A model generated the notes under the pieces. It was not told where the DNA came from. It did not search any database and worked only from the letters and a program-made list of their open reading frames with translations. The position numbers and the translations under genes were made by a program. Positions 10,260 through 22,016 of a stretch of 33,867 bases of DNA are shown here, piece by piece (position 1 is the first letter of the stretch; each line of letters starts with the position of its first letter). Source of the DNA: Phoronis australis (taxonomy: Eukaryota > Animalia > Phoronida); assembly GCA_002633005.1 (NCBI GenBank), contig NMRA01000681.1, forward strand, positions 174,386-208,252, in the 5' to 3' direction.

Positions 10260-12349
10260 TTAACTTACATCTGTGAAGTGTGTTGCGATTTTCTTTTTAC
10301 CAAGCTTGAGTGGGCCCATTTAAAATAACATAACTTTGTTTCTCGATGTCGTCACGTTGCCTACACGGATTTAATATAATGTGCTGTTGTTTGATCTATA
10401 GTTAGAGGAGAAGCGGGTTTTAAGTTTGTAGATTTTTTTCCAATCTCTAATATCTTTTTAGAATGTTAACTTTTTAGGTTTGTGTTTATTGCATAATATA
10501 AAGCATGCAATAACGACGTGCAAACCAGAATTTGCGGGGCATATCTAACGACGAACAAAAACTGGTCATCTTGTGACGTACAAAGTGATCAATGCCACGA
10601 TTATTGGCATTTACTCAATTTACCGTTCAATGCTCAGAAGAAACAACTCGGATCCCGTTTGAAATGATACATGTTGATCACTTTACTAAGATATGCGCAG
10701 TCTGTTACCTTTAAGGCGCTTTAATTAACTGCCCTAGAAAAGTTCCAACTTTGGGTAACTTCGGAACATCCTATCTTATAAGTTAGGGATTGCTTTTAGA
10801 AAGCTCCAATTTTTCATGAGGGGCTATCAAAAATTATGAATTTTATGACTTTTGTGAAAAAATTAGAAGTTGCATACAGCAAAAACGAAACGATCACTTA
10901 GAAAACTGTAGCACCGTTTTTGAGGTTTTATCTCGAGGGGTTATATCAAACGAAATTTGGTCATGTTATTGATATCGTTGTTTAGCAATGAATGTACTTT
11001 AGATTCTTTTTTGCTAAATTTTACCAAAAAAAGAAATGAATGTGTATATACGTACATATTTGGTTAAACACACTTCCGTCCCACTCACGTGAAACAAGGA
11101 TTTTGCTGAATAAACCTTTCAAACTGAAATTAAAAATTAAACAATTCTCTCTGTGCAGCTCATGTACACACTATGCTACAAGCCTGGCTATGGCGTCTCC
11201 GTTTTCACTGATATCAAACTTACCATTGTGGCATTATCTGTGTTCGAACTAATACTGCCAGTGACGTGTTTTAAAAATTAGGACAGTCAAGTTTGTAGCT
11301 CGTGTTATGGATTTTCTACTTTTTTAAATTAGGCAAATACTTATCCAAAAATTAGAAAAAAAATGACCATCATTAGCGACAACATCATGGTCAAAAGTTA
11401 CAAACTTTTAATTACAAAATTAAACTGTTTGTTCTGGATGCAGATTAAATCAAAGACGTTCACTCGGTTTAATCATCTAAAATGAACGGTGACTTGCCCT
11501 GTCAAATTCGTCTCCAAACTTATTTTGTCGTTTTTTTAAAAGATGGCGCTGTTGTCTATGTGGTGATTATGAAGTAACTACGCCTACTTTCATTACCAAG
11601 GATACAAACTCATTTTGTAGCTATGAAATCACATTCTGTAACTTTTCAAATCCCTAGTCGTCACAGAAAAATATTTTGTGTCTGGACATTACACAAACTT
11701 TGTACCGGGCCGTGTTTTTTTGAAAAAAATATTCTACCGTGGAAAACTGTTCATCCCCGCGTTGTAAGACAAGCACAGTGCCCAGTATTTTATGGACAAT
11801 TTAATAGGCCTCCATGAATACTGATCTGCAACGATGGGTATTTGCTTAACACTTGACAGTTTATTCACGAGGTCAGTATTTTTATCATTGTTGTTAAAAC
11901 GGCTATAAACCTGCCTTCCGCTGTCACAAAAACCAAACCCCCATTTAGATCTCCATAAATTTCTGGTCATTTTTTTCCTTAATCGTGACATGACAAGAAA
12001 CGCAGCGTGTCGTTTTATGGAAGATGTCCCTTGCGGCATCCTAGATCCGCCACTGGTAATGAGCTAGCACAGTAATCAGTCGGTGAACTTGCAAGTATTA
12101 CAATGAAATATTCCAAGCAACACAATGTTTCCACCCTCAGCGGCATTTTTGCTAGCGTGTTTAAGAATTCCTGTCGTCTACTGATCTCGACCGGAAAGAT
12201 ACAACAAATTTCCATTACGAGGTTCTGATATCGGAGGATACACGTTTTAGCAACCACTATGGCTCGTATCCACAAGCATAGTGTCGTAAAAACCATCCTA
12301 ATGAACCATTGAGCCACAGGGTTGTGAGAAACGAATTGTCAGCTCTTTC

Positions 12350-12474
12350 CAGTGGCGGATTTAGAGGGGGGCTAAGGGGGCCATTTGGCAGTACGGGAGT
12401 GCGATTGTCTGTCGGGCAAAATCCTGACTAATACTCTGCCCTGCCCCCCCAACTCAAAATCCTGGATCCACCCC
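12350..12474. mobile_element. CAGTGGCGGA-type (hAT-like) short element
   Basis: cagtggcggatttagaggggggc ... gcccccccc...cctggatccaccc; a related end, cctagatccgccactg, lies at about 12040-12055. Confidence 0.5.
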
Positions 12475-12982
12475 TTTTCCAAGCCCAGAAATCACATCCG
12501 TTTGACAACAATTTGAGAGCAATTTTATGAAAGTAAGGAGCTTTCAAATATTACGCCATCACTTCGAAAAGGACGATTTATTACAGGGTTTAGACTCCTG
12601 GTGACGTCATCGTGCGGTTTATTAGAGTATCTCCACACAGTACATATATTAGGCTTTCGTTCGGAGGTTCATCGTCAACCGAGACCTGTGCCGTTTTACG
12701 CTTCCAAGATTTGATGATGTTTCACAGCGCTTACCTTATAAACAAGCAGATAAATGACAGCCTCTCTCCATCACTGTGATGTTGCGCATTAGGACATGAT
12801 CAGGACATCCAGCGACACTAGCAGTCATGATGTTTTGCAAGGAATGAAGTTTTACAGTGTGAGCTTGTTAAGCATTTTGCAGTTTCCACGGAATTTTTTT
12901 CATTATTACATTAAATATGCCAGAATTGTTCTACTTGGCTTTCATTCTGTACCTCAAGTTTCAATGTTAAATCTCAGGTATA

Positions 12983-13206
12983 GGGGCCCGTTCCAAGAAA
13001 ACTGACTTAATCTTAGAGACTTCATTCAATTTTACGAAAAAAATTGTCTCAAGTGCGTGTCAGAAAAAGAGATCTCAAGTTTTTGACCCAATTTTTTTCT
13101 TAATGTTGACTAACTTACTCCATGTGGACCTTTCAAAGTTTGGAATTTGAGACAAATCTTTTACTAAGTCAAAAATGGACTTCAGTCGGTTTGTTGGAAC
13201 GGGCTC
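12983..13206. mobile_element. MITE with GGGCCCGTTCCAA-type TIRs (PIF/Harbinger-like)
   Basis: Left ggggcccgttccaagaaaactga; right ggtttgttggaacgggctc. Superfamily is inferred from terminal sequence only. Confidence 0.6.
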
Positions 13207-13881
13207 TTGATCTCCACCGAGATTGCCGATTCAGTGGAGACTGGCCACAGTGTAACAGAAGTCACAATAATAATAGTGTTCTAATATTACAAGAACAACG
13301 TGCTCACTGCAAACTATGGGATTCTGAGTGCGTTTTTTTTTCAAAAAAAAAACGTGCCGATGTATCATAAAAATGACCGCAGAGTACATAGAGCCTGTTC
13401 GAATCTGGGAAGGTGTGGTCTCTGAAAAAAAACTATTTGCCGAATTGCATGAAAATCCGCCAAGGGACTCCAAACGATACAGGCAAACGTAGAAACTGGA
13501 ATTGCCAAGGAGGGCGGAAGGCAGCGGTAGACAGATTCGTCCAAAATGTCGTGGTAAGTCATTGTCGCATTTAAAGAAAAACACGACCTGTAATTGTGCA
13601 AAAAGTAAACAAATATTTCAAAACTCTCTCAAGTAATCCGTGCAAGTGTGAAAGGAACTTATGTCGCACTATTGATTGATTATGCAAAGTGAAGTCAAAT
13701 GACGAAATACTAGACGCATAAGTCTGGATGATCGGCTTTTGGCCGTTCCCGGACCCATAGGAATCGAATTTAGGATTGCAGTCTCCGTAAGATGCATGTT
13801 AAATTAACAGATTGACAACAGCAATTTCCTGATGAGCGTCTCCACTGCCACGGCTGCTAAAGGAGGGGTAGCTTCCAACAG

Positions 13882-13949
13882 CATGGAGTGCGCCACAGGG
13901 GGTCTGGGGGGCTATAGCCCCAAACTTTGTCAGTGCTGCGCCGCCCATG
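13882..13949 (+). repeat. About 68-bp GC-rich mini-element, copy 2
   Basis: catggagtgcgccacaggggg...gctatagcccc...tttgtcagtgctgcgccgcccatg, flanked by aacag on both sides. Confidence 0.65.
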
Positions 13950-14187
13950 AACAGGGGGGGGTAGTCGTACGATCTGGTTGCGCGCATATTACAGGTTTAC
14001 AAGCTAATTTTCAAAAAATAGATAGATTTGAATTTTTCATCCCAGGAACACCCTGAGGGTCAGTTCCGCAGGAGTCACAACCTGGACAATTGGCCCGACA
14101 GGTAGTGTCACTTAAGCACGCCTGTAATTGACGCAGAAGGCTACAGGCGTGCAACCGATTTTCAACTAGTGTCGATGCGTTAAGTCA

Positions 14188-14343
14188 GGCGTTAGTTCAG
14201 TAGACGCTAGGACCTACGCTAGGACCTAGCTAAAACCTGGTCAAAGTCACGTGCTCTCATTTAATACACGGCAATATCTCATGTAATCTCGTGAAGTCTG
14301 GTCTTGCTTTTTAGCGAGGTTCTAGCGTTACTGAAGGGGAGCC
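14188..14343 (+). mobile_element. MITE (about 155 bp) with terminal inverted repeats, copy A
   Basis: ggc..gttcagtagacgctaggacct ... aggttctagcgttactgaa..gcc; internal sequence matches 17902-18049 in reverse. Confidence 0.75.
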
Positions 14344-14487
14344 TAGTTTCTAAGCCACAATACTTATCTAAGAAAGCTAAGCCTTTCGATTTAACTTCAT
14401 TATTCAAAATGTCTGGAGGTATAACAACTGTTGGCTGGTGACAGCATTGAATAAAACTTCACATTTTGAATTTTTACGATTTTGTGT

Positions 14488-14493
14488 TTTATT
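14488..14493 (-). terminator. Possible poly(A) signal of USP-2
   Basis: TTTATT on + (AATAAA on -) about 1 kb past the stop codon. Confidence 0.35.
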
Positions 14494-14921
14494 GCTTCAT
14501 CACAAAACTCTGCAACTCAGTGTTCAAAATAATCGCATGGCCCTTTTGACTGATTAAAGCAACTACCCTATAACCAGCCTTCAGCCATAAAAATGTACTT
14601 TTGATTTAGATCACATTCTACTACAAAACGGGTCTCTACCTTTTCCTCAATCAGTTGAATGATTTCTACGCCAGGAAATAACTATTCCATAATGCTAGAG
14701 ACGATGCTTGGCACAGAAAGTGACGGTCCATGACAAGCCAACTTATGCCTGATCTCAAGCACTAAGTAACTGTCAGTTCTTGGCCAAGCCCAGGAATCAC
14801 TTTTAGACCAGATTTATCATGGTAGGGGCCGTCAATCAAAATTTGCTGTTTTACAGAGTTGTGAGTTTATAACCGTTTTAAGTAAATTTGAAAAAGGACT
14901 TAAAAGAAAAATCGGTAATAA

Positions 14922-15008
14922 TCACAGGGGTTGGCAGTTTAAGAACCAGTTTTCTCCACTCATAATGGGCATCAAACTGGTTCTCAAATGAATCTGACAC
15001 CTCTGTAA
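14922..15008. mobile_element. Short palindromic element, copy B
   Basis: tcacagggg...tttaagaaccag...gggcatcaaactggttctcaaa...ctctgtaa. Confidence 0.55.
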
Positions 15009-15215
15009 GTGATACTAATATGATCTATTGGTGTTGACAATGAACATTTTCACAATAACCTAATCATAAGTAGAACTTCAATTAATGACCGTGTTCCAAA
15101 GAGACAGAAACATTGATACATGAAATTTGCCCCAAACTTTAACATTGCATCAAATCCAAAGTCCTGGTTTACATATTAACTAAGCAAGAATTTACAGGAC
15201 AGTTGCTGCTTTAAC

Positions 15216-15288
15216 AGGTGATACACAATGTTCAAACGATAGCATTGATCATAGGTGACACACATTGTTCAAACGATAGCATTGATCA
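15216..15288. repeat. 37-bp tandem duplication in the probable USP-2 3' UTR
   Basis: aggtga.acaca.tgttcaaacgatagcattgatca x2. Confidence 0.85.
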
Positions 15289-15515
15289 GCCTCAATATCC
15301 ACAAACCATCAATTTACAGATTCTAACAACTGAATTCAAACAAAAAGTTTAACAATTTTTTTGAGACTTTCAGCCTCAACAGAGTACAATACATTACAAA
15401 CCATCCATTGCTTTAAACACAAAAATTCTACACTACTGGAATCCATTTCACATATCTATGCATTTAATTCAACCCTTAACGTGCATTTCAAAACCAACTC
15501 CTTTCAAGTATAGGT

Positions 15516-15734
15516 TCACTTGTGATGTGCATGTCGGTCCTCATGAGGCACTACTAATACAGGAATGTGGGCATGGTGCAGAACATAGTCGCTGATACTT
15601 CCCATGAATGTACGACGTATCGAACCCATGCCCCGACATCCCATAACAATTAACTCGATTTTATTTTCCTTGGCATATTCGCAGATGGCAGGACCAGGGG
15701 AGTCCACTCTGAACACGACCACTTTGCCATGCAT
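15516..15734 (-). CDS. USP-2 exon 4 (MHGKVVV...GCRGMGSIRRTFMGSISDYVLHHAHIPVLVVPHEDRHAHHK*)
   Basis: Acceptor tttgcttttcAG; 219 nt; G-x2-G-x9-GS motif; TGA stop. Confidence 0.95.
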   Translation of the reverse strand: MHGKVVVFRVDSPGPAICEYAKENKIELIVMGCRGMGSIRRTFMGSISDYVLHHAHIPVLVVPHEDRHAHHK

Positions 15735-18700
15735 CTGAAAAGCAAATGTTGAAGATGAGGATGAGAGACTATCAGAAAGCAATGGGGGCACAGAGCTAGT
15801 AAGCGTTATTGCCACTCGACTGTAGCACAAGGTAATTCTTCTTTGCACAGGGGAAAAGACCATTCTTTTATTAGATGAAAGGTATTTTAAACACAAGTGT
15901 TTTTGCCTCCTCTGCCTCAAGAGGTCACTAGTATCCAGTCCCACATGCGTGCGTGATAAAAGTCCCCATGTTTCTACTTAAAAATTTCCCAATGTTTCAA
16001 GAGGGGCAAAAGTGGTGGCCATCACGCAGGATGTTGGTACCCATTTTGTCTGCTTGCCCAAGATTTGCATTTGTCTGAACTTTGAACACACCATGGTATT
16101 GCTCTTCTCACTGAGTGGAGGAAACTCTCTGGGTGTTACAAATGTTAGGCCCTAAGACACTTAACCATGTTGTGTTGTGTCTAATTGGTTGTGGTCTGCA
16201 CGCGACTCATTTTGAAACTTGCACCTCACTGTTTAAAAAAGAAGGATCCCAACCAATTTCTGATGGCATTGCATGAATTTTTTCGTTTTGAAAATATGTA
16301 TAACTAATGATAAACAATGCATCAATTTTCAAAGAAAACAGTCCAAACCAATTATGCTATTTTCTTTGTGATACCAACATGTGAAGACATTTTGCCTTCC
16401 CAATTACAGTCTCCTGTTGAGGTATTGTCTCAGGTGGGTATTTTTATTTTTCAGTATCAGTGGTATCGTCTCTGGTACTTGGGTGAACTGAACAAAGGAA
16501 GTGGTGACTGAGTGGGGAGGTTGGTTAGCAAAAGTGGCATTGGCTCAAGTAGCGTTTTTAATAATTTACTATCGTCTCAGTTACCCATTTTTCAAGTTGC
16601 CTTGGTATTGGATAGGTTTGGATTTCAAATGTGCAGCAACATCCCCCAGAAACATTCTGTCAAACTGAAAGTGAACCCAAGTTTCAGACGCCCAAAACAT
16701 CTCATTGTCATGGGCAAGCATTATAGAAAATTGAGATTATATTGGTGTTGTGTTACCAACACATGACAGAGGACTAACCCAGTAGTGAGAGTAGTACACA
16801 AACAGCCAGCTGTACTTACACACCTCATCTCCCATGCATGTGTTCTGGCAACAAAGCTCTATCAAACTTAAGGGTCTTTGAGTATGCATGGTTGATTACC
16901 TCACTCAGCTGCCGTGGATTTGTGGGGTATCAAGAGATTGAGTGTGCAACGGGAAGCCAGCTCAAATTTTACAGGAAGGTATTTCATCAGTGCAACTTGA
17001 CGTATCTGCTTAGCTGACTAAATAAGGCAAAGGTCCATCAATTACAAGTGTGAATATTCGATAACAACAATAAACAGGTCTTCAAATTGACAAATTCTAG
17101 AAACTTTTACAGAATATTTGTCAAGGTTGTGTAAGGACATGTCCATGGTACAGCCAATAAAAAGAAGGAATCATTCGACTCGTGGTAGGCATGAACGGTA
17201 AAATAGAAGGTTGTGATAGCAAGAGTTGCTGCACCAGCGTAGACTTAATGGGAGTTAACTCCCCTGTATGTCAGTAAGAGCAGGGCTGTCACTAAGTGAA
17301 GGGTGCTTCAGCATTTAAAGTCCTTGTCTCACGCGTTGTTAACCCTTATTACATGGTTAGAAGATGTTATAAGGATCCAAGAAGTACCTACCCCATAACT
17401 AATACACGATCCGTACTCGAAAACAATTTAAATGAACGCGCCACTCACGATTCGCACCCGACTCGGAAGAAACACCGTCATTTTAAACTTGCCGCGAACC
17501 CGGAAGTACAATTCATTCAGGAACCCAGGCCGAGAAAACGCCGTCAGTGCGACTGGAGCAGTGCCTGTACTGTTACCAGCCAGCAAACGGGGATAAAAAT
17601 AAAAACGACAGCGCGTCTCAATTTCGATAAAATCAAACTACGGACAGCCTATCGGACCCGGTGCGGAGGCGAGACCAGACACTGGCGAACGGTAAATGCA
17701 TGCGGTTGGAAGCTGTTTTGTCGAAGTAAAATGGTCAAATGATAAATGCTGCATATATTCAAGGGTAGTTTCAGACACTTGCATGAAATTACGGGCTGGT
17801 TAGTCCTGTGTCACACTGCCGCGGCAGACCTTAGTTAGCCTCAGTCACCCGCTACCAGTGAAGACTATAGTCAAAATACAGCTTGTTTGTAGGCCTATAC
17901 AGCCTCCCGTTCAGTAGCGCTAGGACCTCGCTAAGAAGCATGACTTCGCGAGATTACGTGAGATATTGCCGTGTATTTTAAATGAGAACATGTGGACTAG
18001 GACTTTGCAAGGTCCTAGCGTAGGTCCTAGCGTCTAGTGAACGCACGCCAGCTTTGCGCCAAGACTACCCTTAGGCCTAACTGGTCGCTGGCCACNNNNN
18101 NNNNNNNNNNNNNNNNNNNNNNNNNNNNNNNNNNNNNNNNNNNNNNNNNNNNNNNNNNNNNNNNNNNNNNNNNNNNNNNNNNNNNNNNGTTTAACAAAAT
18201 GTCAGCCCACCATTCAGACTCTAAAAGACCCATCAGTTTCACTTTGGCTCTCTTCAAATCACAGGCTAACCATTCATAAACTGTTTCAATCTGATCAACC
18301 TTAGTAAAATATGAAAACCAGATTTTGACTAATTGTCCTTTCTACACGTGATGTTCCAGTACTTGCTTTGTGAGACGATAATCAGAAATGCAAAAAGCCT
18401 ATTCCACAGCTGTAACATAATTTCCGTAGACCTTTTTGACGTCTTCATTTTTGGTGTACTGTGGACATCAAATACTGCTCGGGCACTGAATTCAATACCA
18501 GCTCGTTCTTCATTCATCAACATGGACTCCTCGAAGTGATGAGAGCATAAGTTGCAGTTCTTGGACAAGTAGGATGCACTCTATTCATAAGGTCGGCTCC
18601 CAGTGCTTGCACCTGAACAGAAACCAATGAGAGACTCAAGAACAAACCTCATACTCACCAGGTTCACAGAAGACTGGTAGCCTACACTAAACTACACTAC

Positions 18701-21700
18701 ACTACAGAAGTCCTGTCGTACTGTGATTGTGATAGCGACAAAAGCGTCTTGGCGTCAACTAAAAAAAACTAGGACTCAAATGTCGATCCACGGATATTTT
18801 AAGGGGCTGCACAACTTTTCACCGAGACCCACAGATTCCATAACGCTAAATCGTCGTGAGAGATCGTCCGGAGTTGGTATATGGTGCAACTCCGGACAGT
18901 CTGGGCTTAACAGAAAATCACAGTTCTTCTGTGAGCCTACACCAATGTGATAAACGAGACAAGTTCTACTAGCTGCATTAGCTGCAGGTATGATTATCTC
19001 TCAGTTTTATGACACAAAATGTGTAACTGGGCAAAGCCTTTTCAAGCTAGCGTATATAAATCAGTAGAGCGTGAGACCCATGAGGCGACCTGTCAAGTCC
19101 TCACGACAATTCTACGTTATGTCTCTAACTTGACTAATAAAAACTCGAGTCCCTGTGGCTGTGATTGTGCCATGGCCGTGTCACCCCGATGATTCATATT
19201 CACCCATGGCCATGGCTATGTTTTCCTAAAATTATCCCTGCGATCGTTAGAGTGACATTTTGATTTAGAATACATGGACTGCAAGTATCCAAAAAGCTGA
19301 CGATCACATCGTACGTTAATCAGTAGTCCTTCCGCCGGCTGACCAGTAGGCCTAGCCTACACTGCAAACAACAGACAGTGGCACCGGGACGTGCGATCGA
19401 CTTGTCTAACAACTGTGAACAGAACACACAAAATGAAAGACAATGTATTATATTATTGAATAACATATAATACCTACCTTTCCGGATACTTAGAAAACCT
19501 AAAAAACGACACGTCTGGGGTTGTCGTGGATGAATTAGTGCAATTTATCGCACTGCATAATACGTCCTTCCCCATTGTTTTGGCGCTTCCTGGTTGACTG
19601 TTGCTTGTTCATCACTTGGCGGCGCTAGTAGTAGCGGTAACAGCGAACTCACAAGTGAACTCTCCTATACTACTACACTCCTTTATAGGACTCTCAAGCA
19701 ACCAACACCCCACATAGATGAACAGTTTTCTTGACTCGATCCATTCAGGAAACAAAGAGGACCTATTATTCATTAGCTCCACCTACTGGACATCGAGTTA
19801 CCCATTACATTTAACAAATCACATGCGCAGTCACATTTCATCTCCGATATAACTGTTTCATTTTTCGTGTAAGCTTCCAAATATTTAGAGACCTAAAAAA
19901 CTTAACTAAGTTCCTTTGTCATCAGCTAGGATCAGACAACAATGGACATTAATTCCTTATCATTCACCTGCACAACAGTAAAGCTGGCTAGCAATGTAAC
20001 TAATACCTGCATGACATGCAAGTGCATGCATTAACCTAGCAAATCACTTGACAGAGCCATGTCAAGTCCTCTATCACTTGCTTAAAATTCAAATAACACA
20101 GCTGCTGTTAAGCTAAATAGCTGAGAAACAGGGAGTCCCCACTTCCTCAGCAGTTCACTCATTCAAGACCCACACAAAGTAGTGTAAAATAAGCTTGTAT
20201 TAGATTAGAACAGAGCCAAATACACGTTTCCAGCTACTGCTTGTTCATAGCCATGGTGTGACCTCAATTCTTTTTTCTCTTGTGTAAGTACAAAGTATAT
20301 TTAGAAAGTTTAGGCTGCCCACACACTTCTGAGCTCAGTCAGATATGTCAAGAAAAATATATCATACAGCCTCAGCTTTTCAAATTTTATGTCAGTATTT
20401 TAACCTGTTCAACAAAACAGTAAATCTTAATAGCTATTACAGTGACGAATGATGGACCAATTTTTGAAGGGAAATATTGCTTAGCAGAGCTGCAGAGTAA
20501 CCGTCTGACCACTGCCCTACAGCTTTGTGTGTAAATCGGCCTACTTCAGAATGCCAGTGGGCCTACAGTGTTTCAGGATTGGCTAATTGAGTGCATTGAC
20601 CCAGACAGGCAAGACTTTCAGGTCACTGACTCTTAAACAAACACAGAACAGTGATTATGTAATAGTGTGCAACAGTTTGATAACCTGTCTGAAGTCACTT
20701 GCAGATGCAATGCACAATCAAATACACAAGAGCTTGGGTATGGTAGTGGAATAATGAAGTGTAATTATTAATAATAAAAGCACAACAATAGATGTCTTTC
20801 TTAAAATGTACTTAAACCTAAAACCATGTTGAAAGATATTTTGTTTGCATTCTGTTTATTGTCCTGACTGCATCTTTTATATTTCACAAAATACAGCTAA
20901 ACAGTGGTGTGAAATGTGTGTGTGTGTGTGTGTGTGTGTTTGTGTGTGCATNNNNNNNNNNNNNNNNNNNNNNNNNNNNNNNNNNNNNNNNNNNNNNNNN
21001 NNNNNNNNNNNNNNNNNNNNNNNNNNNNNNNNNNNNNNNNNNNNNNNNNNNNNNNNNNNNNNNNNNNNNNNNNNNNNNNNNNNNNNNNNNNNNNNNNNNN
21101 NNNNNNNNNNNNNNNNNNNNNNNNNNNNNNNNNNNNNNNNNNNNNNNNNNNNNNNNNNNNNNNNNNNNNNNNNNNNNNNNNNNNNNNNNNNNNNNNNNNN
21201 NNNNNNNNNNNNNNNNNNNNNNNNNNNNNNNNNNNNNNNNNNNNNNNNNNNNNNNNNNNNNNNNNNNNNNNNNNNNNNNNNNNNNNNNNNNNNNNNNNNN
21301 NNNNNNNNNNNNNNNNNNNNNNNNNNNNNNNNNNNNNAAAGCAAGGCTGAATACCTACCACCAAATCCAACGTATGCTGTCATATTTGGAGTTTCAGCAG
21401 CATTGAAAACAATGACATCATTTTCACGCTTGTGGACATTCTGGGCATACCCTAAAACATCAACGTAATAATTGATGGTCACAAGAACATTAATGTTGTC
21501 ACATAGTTTATGGTCGGGTGTGGGGCGATCCAGCGTCTACAGACAGGGCTAAAAAAGCATCGTCATGTTTTTGGTCCAGTACAGTACATCTTTGCCTTAA
21601 AAAATTGCGGTTGTCCACCTCCTTATGTGTTTGTGCGCGCTCAGTGTCACTGAAACGGGCCTCAAAATTCTGAACAGTTGGTCCACTGGCCCCCAGTGTT

Positions 21701-21939
21701 TGGAGGTGTAGAGCAAATATCTTAATGGCGTAGACCTAGACGCTGAGTGTCTGATCTAATTGATTTATCTTATGCGTTTTGTTGTAGGCAAATAGTTTTT
21801 ACAACTTACAATCGAAGGCCCTTTCCGAGTCCTCAGATCCGTCAACGCATATCATCACTTCTCTATCCTTCCTTTCTCTCTCTGCACCCTCAACATGAAT
21901 GTGCGGGGTAGTATTTGAAGCTTGTTCTTGCTCAGCCAT
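15516..21939 (-). CDS. Universal stress protein paralog 2; exon 3 not visible (probably in an N-gap)
   Basis: Exons 21939-21810, 21451-21359 and 15734-15516 are intact with canonical splice sites. Exon 2 ends in phase 1 and exon 4 starts in phase 0, so a 107-nt-type exon 3 is required; N-gaps lie at 20952-21337 and 18096-18188. Confidence 0.88.
17902..18049 (-). mobile_element. MITE, copy B (inverted relative to 14188-14343)
   Basis: gttcagtagcgctaggacct ... gagattacgtgagatattgccgtgtatt ... aggtcctagcgtctagtgaac. Confidence 0.75.
18096..18188. other. Assembly gap (93 N)
   Basis: Run of N. Confidence 0.99.
18329..19575 (-). pseudogene. Decayed spliced THAP zinc-finger gene (THAP12/PRKRIR-like), probably a DNA-transposon remnant, nested in a USP-2 intron
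   Basis: Exon 19575-19478 MGKDVLCSAINCTNSSTTTPDVSFFRFSKYPE(R) with donor AG|GTAGGT. Acceptor ttctgttcAG at 18613, then CKHW / ADLMN / SASYLSKNCNLCSHHFEES in shifting frames. C2CH ligands are present but frameshifted, and the conserved Pro of FPK reads Ser. Confidence 0.75.
20914..20948. repeat. (TG)n microsatellite next to an assembly gap
   Basis: Direct TG run just before the Ns starting at 20952. Confidence 0.95.
20952..21337. other. Assembly gap (386 N)
   Basis: Run of N. Confidence 0.99.
21359..21451 (-). CDS. USP-2 exon 2 (WYAQNVHKRENDVIVFNAAETPNMTAYVGFG)
   Basis: Acceptor gttttAG, donor G|GTAGGT; 93 nt. Confidence 0.92.
21810..21939 (-). CDS. USP-2 exon 1 (MAEQEQASNTTPHIHVEGAERERKDREVMICVDGSEDSERAFD)
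   Basis: acaATGg start, very similar to USP-1 exon 1; donor T|GTAAGT. Absent from the ORF track. Confidence 0.92.
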
Positions 21940-21983
21940 TGTCGCCCCTTTTGAGTCTTCCTCGCTGAAGTGATACTTGCTCT

Positions 21984-22016
21984 CTGACTACGTGTTACGG
22001 TTCCACGCCGAGGTCA
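21984..22016 (-). promoter_or_regulatory. Conserved proximal promoter block of USP-2
   Basis: Minus strand reads tgacctcggcgtggaaccgtaacacgtagtcag, matching 1268-1300 at 29/33, at a similar distance from the ATG. Confidence 0.7.

Noticed and set aside
15735-15944. Upstream part of ORF 15516-15944
   Set aside because: Intronic read-through; USP homology starts exactly at the acceptor at 15734.
17296-17742. 148-aa plus-strand ORF in a CpG-richer intronic stretch with CCGGAAGT
   Set aside because: No domain or splice support; a single ETS-like motif is not enough to call a promoter.
20845-21482. Several long ORFs in the track
   Set aside because: Artefacts of the N-run and TG repeat; only 21451-21359 is a real exon.
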